Source of the DNA: Dicyema japonicum
Taxonomy: Eukaryota > Animalia > Dicyemida
DNA length: 64,000 bases
Direction of reading: 5' to 3'
Assembly (NCBI GenBank): GCA_011109175.1
Contig: RDEW01000014.1
Coordinates: forward strand, 992,001 to 1,056,000
Shown: one piece after another, positions 1-12,999 of the stretch
Layout of the letters: every line of letters starts with the position of its first letter
How positions within the stretch are numbered: the stretch's first letter is position 1
Notes under the pieces: generated by a model
The model's input: the letters and a program-made list of their open reading frames with translations, nothing else
Database searches by the model: none
Told to the model about the DNA's origin: nothing
Position numbers and translations under genes: made by a program

Positions 1-373
1 CAGGACGAATTGAGATCACTAGCATTCGACAGAGGAAGGTGGAAGAGATTTTAAAGTTTCCAGTAAGTTTTGGTGATCTCAATCAATATTGGTGAGCATA
101 TTCTTATTAAAAATGTCATGTATGGCAAATAAGGCGGGGTACCATGTGGTGTTATGTGGATAGATTGTCTAAAATTATTTTCCTTCCTTCCGATGGCTTC
201 ATTGGATCCACCTTACTGAAGAGACGGCCAATACTTGTCTGGCATTAAGAGGATCCAACTATTCTTTCCCCATGGACAATTTCGTTACCCAGAGACAAGT
301 TCTGGAACCCTGGAACGAGTCAGGATCAAGGAGTTAGTTAGTTTGGTTACCCTTGGTCTTTGGAATAATTTTA

Positions 374-1790
374 ATTTAATGTGGCTCGCCGAATACGTGG
401 TGGCATTTGAAAGAAAAGAGCTACACTTTCCCTATCCATGTTTGCCAAACCCTGGACAAGTCACGATAGTTCAACTGAATTTATATGGAATCGAGAGTAA
501 GATACTTGAACTTCAAAACTATTCGGAGAAACACCATATCGACGTATAATTACTTCAAGAATCCAGACTTTTCACCAGCAATGCAACACCAAGATTACCG
601 GGATTCACAGTAATTTGCCGCGACAGACATGTAAAACTTAGTGAAACCTACTGTCTTCGTAGTGGAATTGCGTATGAAGATATCGCTGGCTATGTCTACA
701 CTATGCTTCATGACGGCGGAAATCTCGAACTTTTCCTGACGATTCCCCAGACTTTCTCTAACATTAGTCAATCATATTTTCCACCTTTAAATTCCTGCTA
801 CTCCCGTGTTCTTAGATTTTCTTCTCTCACCTCAATGAAGAATGTGCTTATCTGTGGTGACTTCAATGCGAAACATTCTTTATGGGTTGCAGGACATGTC
901 CATGACAAAAGGAAGATGTTAATTGAGGACCTCCACAGTTTCTACATATTCAACGATCTGGTTTTCCATATAGAACACTAACTTGACGAAATGATGAACC
1001 CTCTTCCATTGAAATCTTACTGCCATCTCCATCCCTGGCCCCTTTTATGACAACAAAAGTGACCACAATCCGATCTTTTTGGAGGTCAAACGAGATCACA
1101 GTCTCTGACACTAATTAATTACAATCTTATAAACTGGAGAAGATTAAATGATTTAGTCTTTTTCAGTTTCACGCTACAGTCCTCAACTGAACAAATGGTT
1201 AAATGGTTCAACATAATTTACCTCAAGGCAAGGAAGTTATGGGCCGACGTCATTCCTCATCAAGATGTTATGGTACACGGACAAGGCTTCTGATATGAGA
1301 ACGGAACTTCCCGAGGAAGAAAAATCGTCTCAAAAATGAAGACATTGTCAGAATATATAAGCTCAATAGAAAAATATACAGACAAATCAAAAACGTGAGC
1401 ATAAAATGGTGGACGAAGCAATCTCAAGATGTCTCTGCAAACGCATCAGTTAGAAGGATCTGGAATTTTAAAAAAATATCAACCATAACCTAAAAAGATG
1501 GCTCTCTAACTTTCTGAGCGGAAGGTGTAGGTAATATGAAATAATGAGAAATCGAGGACACGCTTTGTCCCAAGGATCCCCAATATCACCAACACTGTTC
1601 AATTTGCATATACACTACCACACAGACGAAAACTGTCTCCTTTCATATGCGAACGACATAGCCATTGCTGCAAAAAACAGGAACTACAAAGTCGCCACTC
1701 AAATGCTTCAGGGAATGCTCAATTCCTTAACCCAATGGTTAGAAGGACTACGCATAGTGTGACCTTAAAATCATTTCTAACCCTCTTTAT
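374..1790 (+). mobile_element. Degenerate Ingi/Vingi-like non-LTR retrotransposon (5' structured end, 2A remnant, APE endonuclease, partial RT)
   Basis: NPGQ|VTIVQLNLYGI..LLQES (APE start), LICGDFNAKHSLW, SQGSPISPTLFN and LSYAND (RT) in broken frames. Confidence 0.8.
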
Positions 1791-1809
1791 ATATCACAAG
1801 GAGGCTTTA

Positions 1810-2035
1810 ATAATAATAAAGCCTTTTCATGAGAACCATAGTATTTATAGCTCCGCATAGGCAGGATACACACTTTATTTAAGTAAAAAACAGTTAATTT
1901 TAACTAATCGTAGAATCGGCGTCACTCGTCAAACCCTTTCTGCATCGTAGATGCGTGGAACCTTCCACCAGGTGAACAGCAGCGAGATTCGAACCTGTAG
2001 CCTAAGCCACTTAAGCCCGACACCTAACCACTATG
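1810..2035 (-). mobile_element. tRNA-derived SINE with 12-bp target-site duplication
   Basis: Minus strand has A box-like TAGTGGTTAGG, B box GGTTCGAATCT and a (TTA)n tail. Flanked by direct repeat AAGGAGGCTTTA at 1798-1809 and 2036-2047. Second copy at 37315-37553. Confidence 0.8.
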
Positions 2036-2409
2036 AAGGAGGCTTTATTATTAAAAAAAACTATGAAAATATGTGGATATTTTTATCCACTACATGTCTT
2101 TACATAAGGAATAGCATGTATTTTCAAATTATGAATTAGCCCCAATTTATTTACGATAAAATATACTTTTGAATTGTCCTTACACACACTTTACGAAACG
2201 CCATATTAGCTATAACTTTTCCCAGCCAGGACACACACTTTAGTAAAAAACACAAATGACAATAATTAAAATTTTCGAATACTGTGGAATTGCACCAAGA
2301 GGCAAAGAAGTTCCTATTGATTTTTTGCATTCAAGGTACAGTAAATTTTAGCAAAAAAATCGGAAAAGGGCAATGTAGCGTATGTTGAAATTGAAATTTA
2401 TTTCAAAAG

Positions 2410-4720
2410 ACCACAGTTAAAGACAAAAACAAGAAATTATGTCATCCCGGCGAATTTCAATAGGGATTTCAGCTTGGCCTGGTGGTCTTCCCTCGATCCA
2501 ACAAAAGTAAGCAGTGGACGAGTGATCCTCTGGTATCGTTGAGTTTGACCTCCTTTTCTTCTTATTAAGTTTTCCAAAAGGGTAGGTGTAGAATTTAGAT
2601 CGCCTTTGATCCAGTTTTCTATCACGGAAAACGCTCTTTTTTGGGTTGCCGCAATTCTCTGGGCATTCGTCCAAGAAATTGAGGGGCCCCATGATGTACA
2701 TTCATGTGATATACATGGGTCGACGTACTGGCTGTATAGTGATTTCAGAACGGGATGACTTCCGATTTTCCATAAACCAGAGATCCCCTTCAAGATGTTG
2801 ATTTTCTTTTCACATTTGTTTAAAACATTTCCCACGTGGCGCAAGAAAGTTATATTGGTGTCAAATACTACTCCCAGGATCTTCTGCGAATAAAATCACT
2901 CAGGGATAGTAAATGGGTATCCGTCGAGTGAAGGGATTTAAATTCGTGTTGGAATCGTTTTTCTGGGATTGTTTCTCTGATCTTCTGAAGAACTAGTTTT
3001 TCCAGAATTTTCGACATTGAAGATAGCAACGATACCGGTCTGAATGATGCCGGGTCGTTTTATGGTTTTCCCATCTTCAATATCGGAAGGATGTAGGCGA
3101 GTTCCCATAGTGAGGGGATCGCATTTTCCCTTAAAGACCAATTATAGATCTTTGTAAGGGTCTTGATCGCCTCCGGTCCAAGATTTTTCAGCAGGATAAC
3201 AAGGATTCCATCTGGGCTGTGGGAGTAGGTAGTCTTTGTAGTGAACAGTGCTTCTTTTACATCCGTTTCTGAAAAGTAGGAAGATAACCGGTCCCTCTTG
3301 GTTTTTCCAAAAGAAGTTGACCTGTCTTGATCTTCCGTTTCTCTTTATGGGTATTTTTCACATAATACTTCATAATGGAATTCAGATCATTCTGGCTGTA
3401 TTCGCATTAGTCAGTTGGTCTATCATGAGCCCTTGATATGTCCCGAATGATTTTCCATACTTGGGCGGTTGTCTGATTTTGGTTCAAAGCTGTGAAAACT
3501 CGTGACCATTTTCCTTTCAGTATCTTAAGTTCTTTGGCCTTTATGTTTTCATTTAGTGCTTTCAGTCGGAGTTTTGCCTCGGTTGAGCCAATTCCAGTCT
3601 TTTTGAGGCTATTTCTTTCCTTGACCAAAGCCATCTTTCCAAAGCCTCTTGTGTAGCAGGTGTGTCTTATTGGACAGTCATTTTTCTCCATTGCAGAATA
3701 ATGTCATTTATATGATACACCGCCTTGTCAAGGGAGGAGAAATCCTCCAGATTTACGTCAACCAAACGATATTCAGTAATAATCCGGAAAAAGTTCCAGT
3801 TTGCGGATTAGTTTATGTAGGTCGGCTTCTTATCACAAAATACCTTCCTCCTGATCTTCAATAAATTAAGGTTGTGGTCACTTCTGGTATCGTATATGAC
3901 GGACCAAGTTACTTTTGTAAAGAGGGTTGGAGACCAAAGAGTGATTTCTGGGGATGTGGGTTGGTCAGAATTCCTGAAAGGGGTTCTTTTGTGTTTTGAG
4001 GGGTCATTTATGATCATCAGTTTTCCAGACTGCGAGAGTAGAAGTCTTCCTCTTGCATCGGCAGGCTGACTTGACAGACAAAGGGGATTTTTGGCATTCA
4101 GGTCTCCGCAAATCAAGATATCTCCCATATTTTCCAAAGTAGATAAGTCAACCATTGAATACTTCTTAGGGCGTGAGCCAGGAGGAGGTATATAGACGTT
4201 TACCAAAAACAATTTTCCTTTTGTTGAACTCACAGAGATTCCAATGGTTTCCTGTTGCCCTAAGGAGTTTCTTTATTTCTGATGAACAGTCCTGATACTT
4301 GAGTCCCTTTCTAATAATCGTTAGTAGTCACCTCCACATTTCTTTGTACGATCTTTCCGAATAACATTGAATCCAGGAAGAATAGGCGTAAAGTCTTCGG
4401 AGTCAATTTAGACTCTTGAATAGGTCATATCAATTTTGATTTTTGAGATGAGTGTTCTGAGCTCCAAGAATTTACCCTTGATTCCATTCACGTTGAGCTG
4501 GATCACTGAAATCCAGTCCTTTTGTTTTCTAGGGGCACACGTCCGGGAAGCTGATAATTTCGCCGACCGGGGGTGACATTACTCTCCGTGGAAGATAGCA
4601 AATGGTCCTTTTATGTTGAATTAAAGAATGAGTATGACTTCATTTCCGATGAAATGGAAATAACAAGAAACGAACTAAGGGCTATCAGGCCTTTTGCCTG
4701 GCACTCGTTACTCGTTACAT
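2410..4720 (-). mobile_element. Degenerate APE-type LINE (Ingi/I-group-like), RT core deleted
   Basis: VIQLNVNGI, LVNVYIPP, ILICGDLNAKN, SDHN (APE); C-terminal HVGNVLNKCEKKINILKGI. Confidence 0.75.
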
Positions 4721-4839
4721 TGTCCTTATGTGAAAACAATTAAGAATACTGACCCTCTTGAACCTCTCCTATTCTCTTACAATTGACCACGTTATTCAGA
4801 AGATCTCGGTCCTGATAAATATTTGGTACCTTGTTGATG

Positions 4840-5340
4840 GAACGATTGGAAGAGAAGTCTCTATTATCGATGTTTAGGAAATTGCTATTCCCGATCCTGG
4901 CTCAATGCTTTCATAGTACGTGCGGTTGTTATTCTGTTGGATGGGAATACAATTCGCGTTGGAGTTGCTCTTTGGTTAGACTGCACTTTACGAACATCTG
5001 CTCGAAACATCGAGGGGTTTCTAAGAAGACGGGTTTACTTGCCTTCTGTAACCCATCGACTTGACAGAGGTGATGGGAAAAGGTCGAAAGGCCTAACGAC
5101 AATGCCACGGAGCCAATAGAGATGTCTTGCTTGAGATTCAACATGGACGGACACGTTCTCTAATGCGAATTCGTTAAAGTCATAGTTGCGCGTGGATTCC
5201 ACAGCTAGTACTACTGAAGATTCGAAAAGAAGAAAGTGATATGTTCGCATTCCAGCCGATTTTCTTGGCCCTAGCACGCATGAGTTTATTAGCTAAATAG
5301 GGCGGGTTGCAGGACAGAGGAAAGAATGAAACTATGCCTC
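4840..5340 (+). mobile_element. CRE-like (RT-RLE) retrotransposon 3' relic
   Basis: Degenerate GSWLNA..DGNTIRVGVALWL and LDRGDGKR motifs shared with the 43.8-46.1 kb copy. Confidence 0.65.
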
Positions 5341-5344
5341 AAAT

Positions 5345-6406
5345 CTTTGGCAAAGAGATATACCTCAGTAGATCTCCACCAAAGCAGCTTTCATATGTAT
5401 AGTTCTCATGCCAATAAATGTCGTCTACATGTGATTTAGCACAGTACTCAGTCTCAATGCAATTCATCTGGGTGATAATACCTACTTTTAGGACACCTTT
5501 CGACACCAAGGTAAAGCAGCATAAAAGCATAGTCTTGCTATATTAGAGCACTGCACAATATCGTTGCTTCCAGTCAAGATTCTAACTTAGAGGCATTCAG
5601 TTATTATCTTTCAGACGATAGCTTTGCACCACTGACTTTTCAGTCAAGTGTATGAACCAAATGTCTGACTCTGCAGTTTTTCACGTAATTTGCAGAATTA
5701 CTGTTGCTACGACACCGATTCAGTATGGTAAAACTAACCTATCTCATGATGGTCTAAACTCAGCTCACGTGCTCTGTTAATGAGTGAACAATCCTACACT
5801 TTGCAATTTATGATTCGCAATGATAGGAAGAGTCAACATCAAAGAATCAAAAGCGCCGTCTCTATGTATTCATGGAGGCCACAAGCCAATTATCCCTGTG
5901 GTAACTTTTCTGTCACCTTTAACTTAAAGCTTTTAAAAACAAAAGGATCGATAGGTCACGCTTTTGCGTTTTGCATACGTAATGAACATGCAAATAAGGC
6001 GAGCTTTTACCCTTTCGCCCCATGACAGATTTCTGTTCAGCTTGAGCTCATTTTTGGACATCTGCGTCATCGTTTAGCAGATGTACCACCCCAGCCCCCA
6101 TATAGGGCCTTGCACTATAACCTTCCCGGATGGGATAGTACGGTATTACTGAATTAGTAAGAAGACGACTGAGGCAGTGGTGTTACATTGTCGTTGATAA
6201 ATCAACTCCCACCTACACTATATCCCCAATGTCCTCTTACAATGCCAATCTAGAGTCCAAGCTCAAAAGGGTCTTCTTTCCCCGCTGATTCTCCCGGGCC
6301 CGTTACCCCGGCTGTGGTTTCGCTAGAGTGCTGATAGGGACAGTGGGAATCTCGTTAATCCATTCATGCGCTTCATCAATTAAATTACTTGAAATTTGGC
6401 TACATT
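5345..6406 (-). pseudogene. 28S (LSU) rRNA pseudogene, 3' ~1 kb
   Basis: Minus strand matches conserved LSU blocks (TAGCCAAAT..GCGCATGAATGGATTAACGAGATTCCCACTGTCCCTA, GAAGACCC, TTACCACAGGGATAA, GCCTCTAAGT). The sarcin-ricin loop is decayed (plus GCAGTTTTTCACGTAAT at ~5673-5689) and many G>A/C>T changes hit invariant positions. Confidence 0.9.
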
Positions 6407-6499
6407 GGGCTCGCGATCATGAGGAGCAAATCTCATTTCATGCTCAATGCCTCTAAGTCATAATGGAACGTTGTCATAATAACTGCGGGTCTTAGACGA

Positions 6500-7137
6500 T
6501 GTTGTATGACGGAATTCTTTTGAAGATCTGCTAGTGTCATCTAGCCAACATCGCTGTGCAAGTTTGTTGTCGGGCTGGGGAGAGGCGTCTTCCGAGAGCA
6601 GTGGCTGGCTCAACGCCATTCCCAATGGAGTTTTGGGTACCTTTCTGGATGATGAATGCGTCCGTAATGGGATTCCATTACGACTGGGATTAAAAGTCTG
6701 TGTTTCACATCCGTGTCGATGCGGAGACCAGATCGACTGTTTTGGCCTACACCCTCTGTTCTGCAGGAAGAGTGCAGGCAGATCTTCCAGACACATGGCC
6801 TAGAATGAAGTCATTAGGAGAGCTTTAGACACCCCTCCATTCTCGAACCATTCGATCTTTGCTGGCATTACGGGAAACGACTAGATGACTATCTTCTTTT
6901 TGAAGCTGGGAAACATTTTGTCTGAGACGTCACCTGCACCGACACTTTTGCCCTTTACAACTTACTCCAGAGTGCCTCTGGAGCCTTTTCTGCAGCTGAG
7001 AAGGCTGAGAGTTTGAAACGGGAAATCTGATTTCTTTCTACACGATCAAGAGATCCCCGTGAGCGATGCTGGTTATTTGAGAGAACATTGCTCGTCATCC
7101 TAGAGAGAATAGCCACGCAGTCAGAGTGGCCGCAATT
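6500..7137 (+). mobile_element. CRE-like retrotransposon 3' fragment (zinc knuckle + RLE)
   Basis: SSGWLNAIP, HPCRCG..GLHPLFCRKSAGR..RH, GKR.D, DVTC.DT motifs; closely similar to 28680-29205. Confidence 0.85.
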
Positions 7138-7139
7138 AT

Positions 7140-7830
7140 TATTATTGAACAAGGAAACGACCGTCATATCCAAAATAAACAAAATTCAGGTGATCCCTGC
7201 CTCCCTCAACAGTCTTCGTATTTTTTCGGTGTTCCGACTGCGTTCCTGCGCATTTCCAATATGGACGGGGTCCGCATACTCTAGTCCTTTGCAGGGTGAC
7301 TGTTATAGCCGCCTCTATTATATTTTCAAGGAAGGTTAGATCCCCAAACATTACATGCGTATCCTATTGTGGACTCGATGAAATGTTTGTATATGACATC
7401 TAGTCCACTCAGATCTTTTTGTCTCTTAAATTTCCCAATAACTCCTTTAGGAAATTGATTTTTCTCGTACAAGTCAATAACATATTTTCGACGTGTTTTG
7501 TAAAGGTTAAGAAGGTGTCAAAGGTAACTCCTAGGATATTCTGGAATTTGTTCTGCGGGATATTTTTCCCATCCAGTGTGACGTCAATTGATATTTTCCT
7601 TAGTCTTCTGTTTGTCGTGAATAGGATCAACACCAACTTCTCCTGGCTATTAGTGAATTGATTTTCCCAAAGCCATAAACTTAGTTTATTCAGATTGTCT
7701 TGTATTCTTCTCGTTGCTTCGATAATACTCACATCCCTAGAAGCAATGACTATATTATCCGCATACGTTAATAATGTCATCGTCCCCTGTGGGAAGTGGC
7801 AAGGGTAGCCGCTATATGACCATTTACTCA
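7140..7830 (-). mobile_element. Ingi/Vingi-like LINE RT C-terminal fragment
   Basis: LLTYADNIVI, ILGVTFDTFLTF.KHV motifs. Confidence 0.75.
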
Positions 7831-7904
7831 CCTTTTTCAGTAATAAATTGTTCATTTATTTTAAAAAATATACCAATTTTATTTAAACACAAAAAACTAA
7901 CAAT

Positions 7905-10230
7905 TAGCAACTGCTGGCTGCTCTCATATTTGAAAACGCATTTCCCCTGACAATTTGCAAGTAAATGCGTTCAATGAGCCAGCTCCTTTCTTTCCTATCG
8001 TTTTTCTTCTTCGCGATGAGCGAGTCGATCCTGTTTAGTAGGGTCAATGACCTGCTTCCAATGATTCCTGTCGTTTCGACTGCCACTGGTTCGAATATTA
8101 ATTGTCCTCCAAGACAGTCGTATTTTTATATTTTTAGGGTCTCAGTCTTCTCCAAAGCAGAGCCTGGATCAGTTGCTGTCGTTGAGAGGTTGGAGGGAGA
8201 GAGGCTATCGACACAGGTGGCGTCCCAGGCAAGATATTTACCACTCTCCATGGGAAGATAGTGGTTCCGTCCGGTCTTCGGTTGGCTTGAGCAAGTCCAA
8301 GTGGCTCTAATTGGACAGGAAATCCTGCAGCCTCAACTCCCCAAGCAATAACTTCATTGATTGCGGCGTGTCTAGGACTCCTTCTAGCACTCCTTAGGCA
8401 TGAAAGAACCTTTCGCGTTTACCATTTCTGCACATTCACACCGACATCCATTCCGAGGCGGACGGAAACCCGAATCTTTGTCTCGTCGTCACCCATAGTG
8501 TCCAAAGTGAGGTACATGGTAAAGCTCTGAGCCAGGCTCCACTCTCGTTCGTAGATGCGAAAGTCAGACGATGCTGATCAAGCAGAGGTTTTATCTCTTC
8601 TATGATCTTTGAACATAAAAGTTTGTCCCATTCTCGTTGTTTATTAGTGTTCTTCGGGAATCTAACACCCAGTCGTGTCCAGACTTCCAAGCCATGCATA
8701 CCACTGGTTCAGCATCCGATCCATTAATGTAGCGTAGGATCTGGCGTGTGAGACCACTGGAAGCATATGTCGAAGATAGAAAGGGCGGGAGGGCGAGTTC
8801 TAGTGGTGAGCGTATTCTGAATCCTCCGTAGCAAAGAGGTAGTTTGCATTGGATCCAGCCAGATTTATCAAAAGAAATGTTGAGCGTTTCTTCAACGGCA
8901 GTACTCAGCTTCTCGTCGAAACCTCTTAAAGAGTTCATGTCAGTGAAACATGGGGAAATCCGTAAAAGAAAAAGCAGTAAGGTGAAAATTCCTGAGGAAG
9001 AATAAAGACATATGGGATTCCAGGGTTTGTAATTGTTGGAGTGATGTATTTTTTTCCTCCAGGAGAGCTGACACATTATTGCATTGTAGGGGAGAGCCAA
9101 GAAAAATTGCATTTTCGAGTTGAGTGGCCGAGACATCGCGGAGATAAGCAGAAATAGCGGTCACTGCACTGCAGAAGTCTTCCTCTCCGCAAGCAACGTT
9201 TATAATTTCACATTTATACGGGTTCGGTTCCAACCTAAGTGCAGAGAAGGTGGACTCGACTTCCGCCACCACAAGTTCTCAATTACCTTTGACGGTCGCG
9301 TCGTCCAGGTACCGTAAGTTCAATGGAGTTCACATCGTCGATGCTGCACAGTTTATACCCAATGCGAAGAGCAGGGTGCCAAGGAAGTCACCTTGTTGAA
9401 CTCCGATCTTGGATTCGACGATGTGTTGCTCGAATATGAGAATACATGGGGAGCCGTATACAAGTTTCACCATCCTGCTGATTTCCGGGATCTGGAGATG
9501 CTAGGTTCTATGAATCTATCTCTGTGAATCCTATTGAAAGCATTGCGGATGTCCAGTTTGACTATTATAGCATTTGTAGTGTCTGGCGGAGTTATAGCAA
9601 AGTTACTGATTGAGTGAATTACTGCCTTGCATCCATAAGGAATTCCAACCCTAAATTAAGTAGGGCTCAGTTGGAGACTTAGAGTCTTGCTCGCTGTTCT
9701 GGCAGCAATCTTCCCCGTCAGGGGCCTGAATGCGCTCAATGAGCCTATAGCAATGGGTCTTAACCCACCACAAGGCTTTCTGAAGACAATAAGTTTAAAT
9801 CCAAAAAAGAGTCCTCTGGCTTAGTCGGAGATATCAGCCCGAAGAACGCGGTCTGTAAGAGTCTTTATTTAATTAATGAGGGAGTTACCATATCGGCGAT
9901 TGTGGAAGAAATAAGGTATTTCATATGGCTCGGACGTAGGCCGTCCGCTTCCTGGGAAAGATGAAATATAAGATCATATATCACTTGTGGTGGTTGCCAA
10001 ATGTGGAATCTCCTTCCCAATTTCTGTCTCGCGTAGATCCGACGGGGCGGGAAGATGTTTTTGGGTGATGAGCTCAAGGGTTTTTTTTAGTTGGCGAAAG
10101 AACCTTGTCATTGACGGAGAGCGTACGCAGGGCACTCCGAATGTCCCCGACCATGACCTTCTTATTCACTTTTTTGCGTATTTCCCACTTGTCTTTTTTG
10201 ATACTGGACGATGAGGGCGGATGGTCAGCA
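7905..10230 (-). mobile_element. Degenerate CRE-like RT-RLE retrotransposon
   Basis: GLRPIAIG, KLDIRNAFN, GVQQGD, YLDD, QCKLPLCYGG, SGAWLRALP, RRPDG, WDATCVD and PVAVETTG motifs across frameshifts. Confidence 0.85.
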
Positions 10231-10263
10231 ATAAAAAAATTATGTTAATATCTCAAGAATATT

Positions 10264-10336
10264 CGCCCCCGACCGGAGTCGAACAAGTAACCTTGGAGTT
10301 AACAACCGCACGCGCTAAACATTGCGCCACGAAGAC
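10264..10336 (-). tRNA. tRNA-Asn(GTT), probably pseudogene
   Basis: GTCTTCG-TG-GCGC..GCGC-G-TGCGG-TTGTTAA-CTCCA-AGGTT-ACTTG-TTCGACT-CCGGT-CGGGGGC-G. Cloverleaf with mismatched anticodon and T stems; T-run ~25 nt downstream. Confidence 0.75.
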
Positions 10337-10569
10337 ATTCTAAGTTTTGTTACTTATATTCAAAAAATCAAAAAAATCAATTGTCACAAATTTTAGTCAA
10401 TCTTTAAAGAAAAACGAGGAAATGAGTTTTATATTTTCATGATTCCTTAGATATCAGAAATTTAATATTTGAATTTTCGGAAAAAAGTCATATTCACGAA
10501 ATGCCTATAAAGTTTTTGTATGGTAATAGTTCTCCTTATAATAACAATTATTCTTCACGTGATATTCCA

Positions 10570-10680
10570 GTGAGAGACAACTCGCCTAGAAATAACATGT
10601 AATAAATATTATTTTTTCCACACTTCATATTAGGTATACAAAGAGTATGTAAGCAAAGTATAGGAATGTTGGGGAAACAC
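10570..10680. repeat. Dispersed non-coding repeat (inverted copy at ~48085-48170)
   Basis: AGAGACAACTCGCCTAGAAATAACATGTAATAAATATTATTTT..CCACACTTCATATTAGGTATAC is nearly identical to the reverse complement of 48108-48170. Confidence 0.85.
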
Positions 10681-10699
10681 TTAAATGTTATATGCTCCA

Positions 10700-12550
10700 C
10701 GTGACATATATAATTCGCTTATTCCACATGTGTGTATTGATAGGATTTTCTCAAAAGTGAGCATATTCTAATGATCCCAGACCGACAAGGGAGAGGACGA
10801 ATCCGACAGGGTTGAGAATCCTGTGCAGCTCTTCTCATTGGTCATGGCATCGGCTTAAACTTTTTACATGTTTGTAAATATTTCGATAGTATATGACTGG
10901 CCGTCTTTAAGATTTTTTGGTGTAATTCAATTAGAAGATTTTCAATATGTTGGATTTTGTGTTTTGGTCCAATCAACTTTACTGCAGTTTCCTGGATTGC
11001 GGATAGTTTCAATGACGAGGAGCGTGAAATCTGCATTGTCCACGAAGGACTTGCGTATATCATCGTGGGTCGGATATATTGTTCATAAACTGTGGCAAGG
11101 CTCCCAGTTTGGTTTTTAAGTTTTCTTAAGAGCACTTTTAAAATTCTCATTTTTTCCAGAGCAGAAGTTATTTTGTTTTCAACATGTCGGATAAAGGAGA
11201 GTCCCTGATCAAAGGTGAATCCCAGAATCTTCGGTGTTTTGTTAATAGGAATAGCCTCTTCTTCATAAGGATTTTTTTTGACACAGAGCTGTCTTTTTTA
11301 AGTGGTAAACAGCGACAGAGGTCTTTGTTGCTGATGTGTCGAGCCTTCCCTTCGAGAGCCATAGTTTCAAATGAATCGCTGATTAAATGCTTCTGTTTTT
11401 GGAGGCAAAAATAATATCGTCGGCATAGGAGAGGATTAGGCAGTTCTCATTACAGGTTTGTGGCATGTCGTTTATGTAGAGGTTGAAGATTTGGGGTGAC
11501 AGTGGGAAGCCTTGAAGTACTTTATTTAGAAAGTAGCGAGATTTTGATTTGATGTTGTTATAGAGTACTTGTGCTCGTCTTCCATTTAGGAAGTTTCCAA
11601 GCCAAAGCATCAAGTTCGGGTGGATGTTCGTTTCAAATGTTCGACGGAGGGATGAGTAGTGAAATTCAAGAGTGCAATGCAAGTAACGATGTACTCCTTG
11701 AATCCTCTCTAGTTCGCAAGGTAGTAATTAATTATCGTCGGACACTGTACTTTTATTCGTGACCTCGTTTTTACCTCAAAAATATTGGATTGTGGTCACT
11801 CTTGGAGTCATATTTCACTGACTATCTATAAGAGGGAGTAGGGATGTAGATGACAGTGAGATGTCAATGGATGAGGGTTTATCGTTACGTCGAGTGGGTG
11901 TTCTTGTGTGGAAAGTCGGATTGTTGAGTATGTAGAGACTGTGAAGGTTCTCAATTAGCATTTTCACCTTTTGTCATGGGCTTATCCTGTCAACTACAAT
12001 GGGTGCTTAGCATCGAAGTCACTACAGTAATCACATCCTTCAGTGATGTGAGAGGAGTCAATCTGGGAGCACGGGAAAAGCAAGAACTCAAAGATGGGAG
12101 ATATTATTGAAAGTCTTTGGAATCGGAATTTGGTAGCCACAAGTTCGAGATTTCCATAGTCTTTAAGTATACTGTAGACGTTGTCAGTTATATCCTCAAA
12201 CGGAATTCCGTTACGAATTACTGTGAGAAGGCCCCCTACCAAGTTTCCCAGGTCTGTGACGACGAATTACTATGAATCCAGCTAGTATTGGTGTTGAATT
12301 CTTTAGGGAAAGTTTAGATTCTTAAATTAACAACAATTCGATGCGATGTTCTTTCAAAAAAAATCCGAAGTTCTAGTATCTTGTTCTTAATTCCATTTAT
12401 GTTGAGTTGGACTATTCTGGCTGGTCCAGGGTTTGCATCAACGTCTCCGCAACGGCACAGGCCTTCCTTATTGGTCCACCCGTGAGGATAGGGGAAAGTG
12501 TGGCTCTTTTCTTCCAAATGCCACCACGTCGTCGGCAGACCACATGACAT
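10700..12550 (-). mobile_element. Ingi/Vingi-like LINE, internally deleted, with 5' pseudoknot and 2A-like motif
   Basis: Leader MSCGLPTTWW..CGDVDANPGP|ARIVQLNING, GGLLTVIR, DFDAKH, QGFPLSP..FN, LSYADD, YEQYIRP..YASPSW. Confidence 0.85.
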
Positions 12551-12999
12551 TTTTTTATCTACAAATGATTATTCTCAACTGGAAAAGTGTATTTTAACGG
12601 AACTTCCGAAGATTTTCTTGATCGTTTGAAGATAGAGATTTAAAAAATTGAAGTGATTTCTGTTTATTTAAGAAATTGGTTTTCGAGCACGATGCCAATT
12701 TTTGACGACTGAATTAGTAGAGAAGATTTTTCCTGTAACATTTGTCCCCGGAGTAACAAGGGAAAGCTTGGGACAAGATGCTTTGATTATTAAAAAAATT
12801 CTATTTCTTCAGGTACGTGAGGATGGTAACGTCCGAGACACTAGCCCGCACCATTGACCGGACTGTTTCATCTTTGGAGACCAAAGATCGGATTTTCCTA
12901 TTTCTCTTTCCTCTAATTGCACTTGGATTAAACTCTAACTGTGGAAGAGTTTCTACCGCCTTAGGAAATCAATTCAGTTGTTTGAGGATGGAAATCTCT

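Noticed and set aside
5780-6025. 81-aa ORF
   Set aside because: Antisense shadow of the 28S pseudogene.
10230-10336. tRNA-Asn as target or promoter of the adjacent CRE-like element
   Set aside because: A T-run terminator separates them and no other CRE copy here has a neighbouring tRNA.
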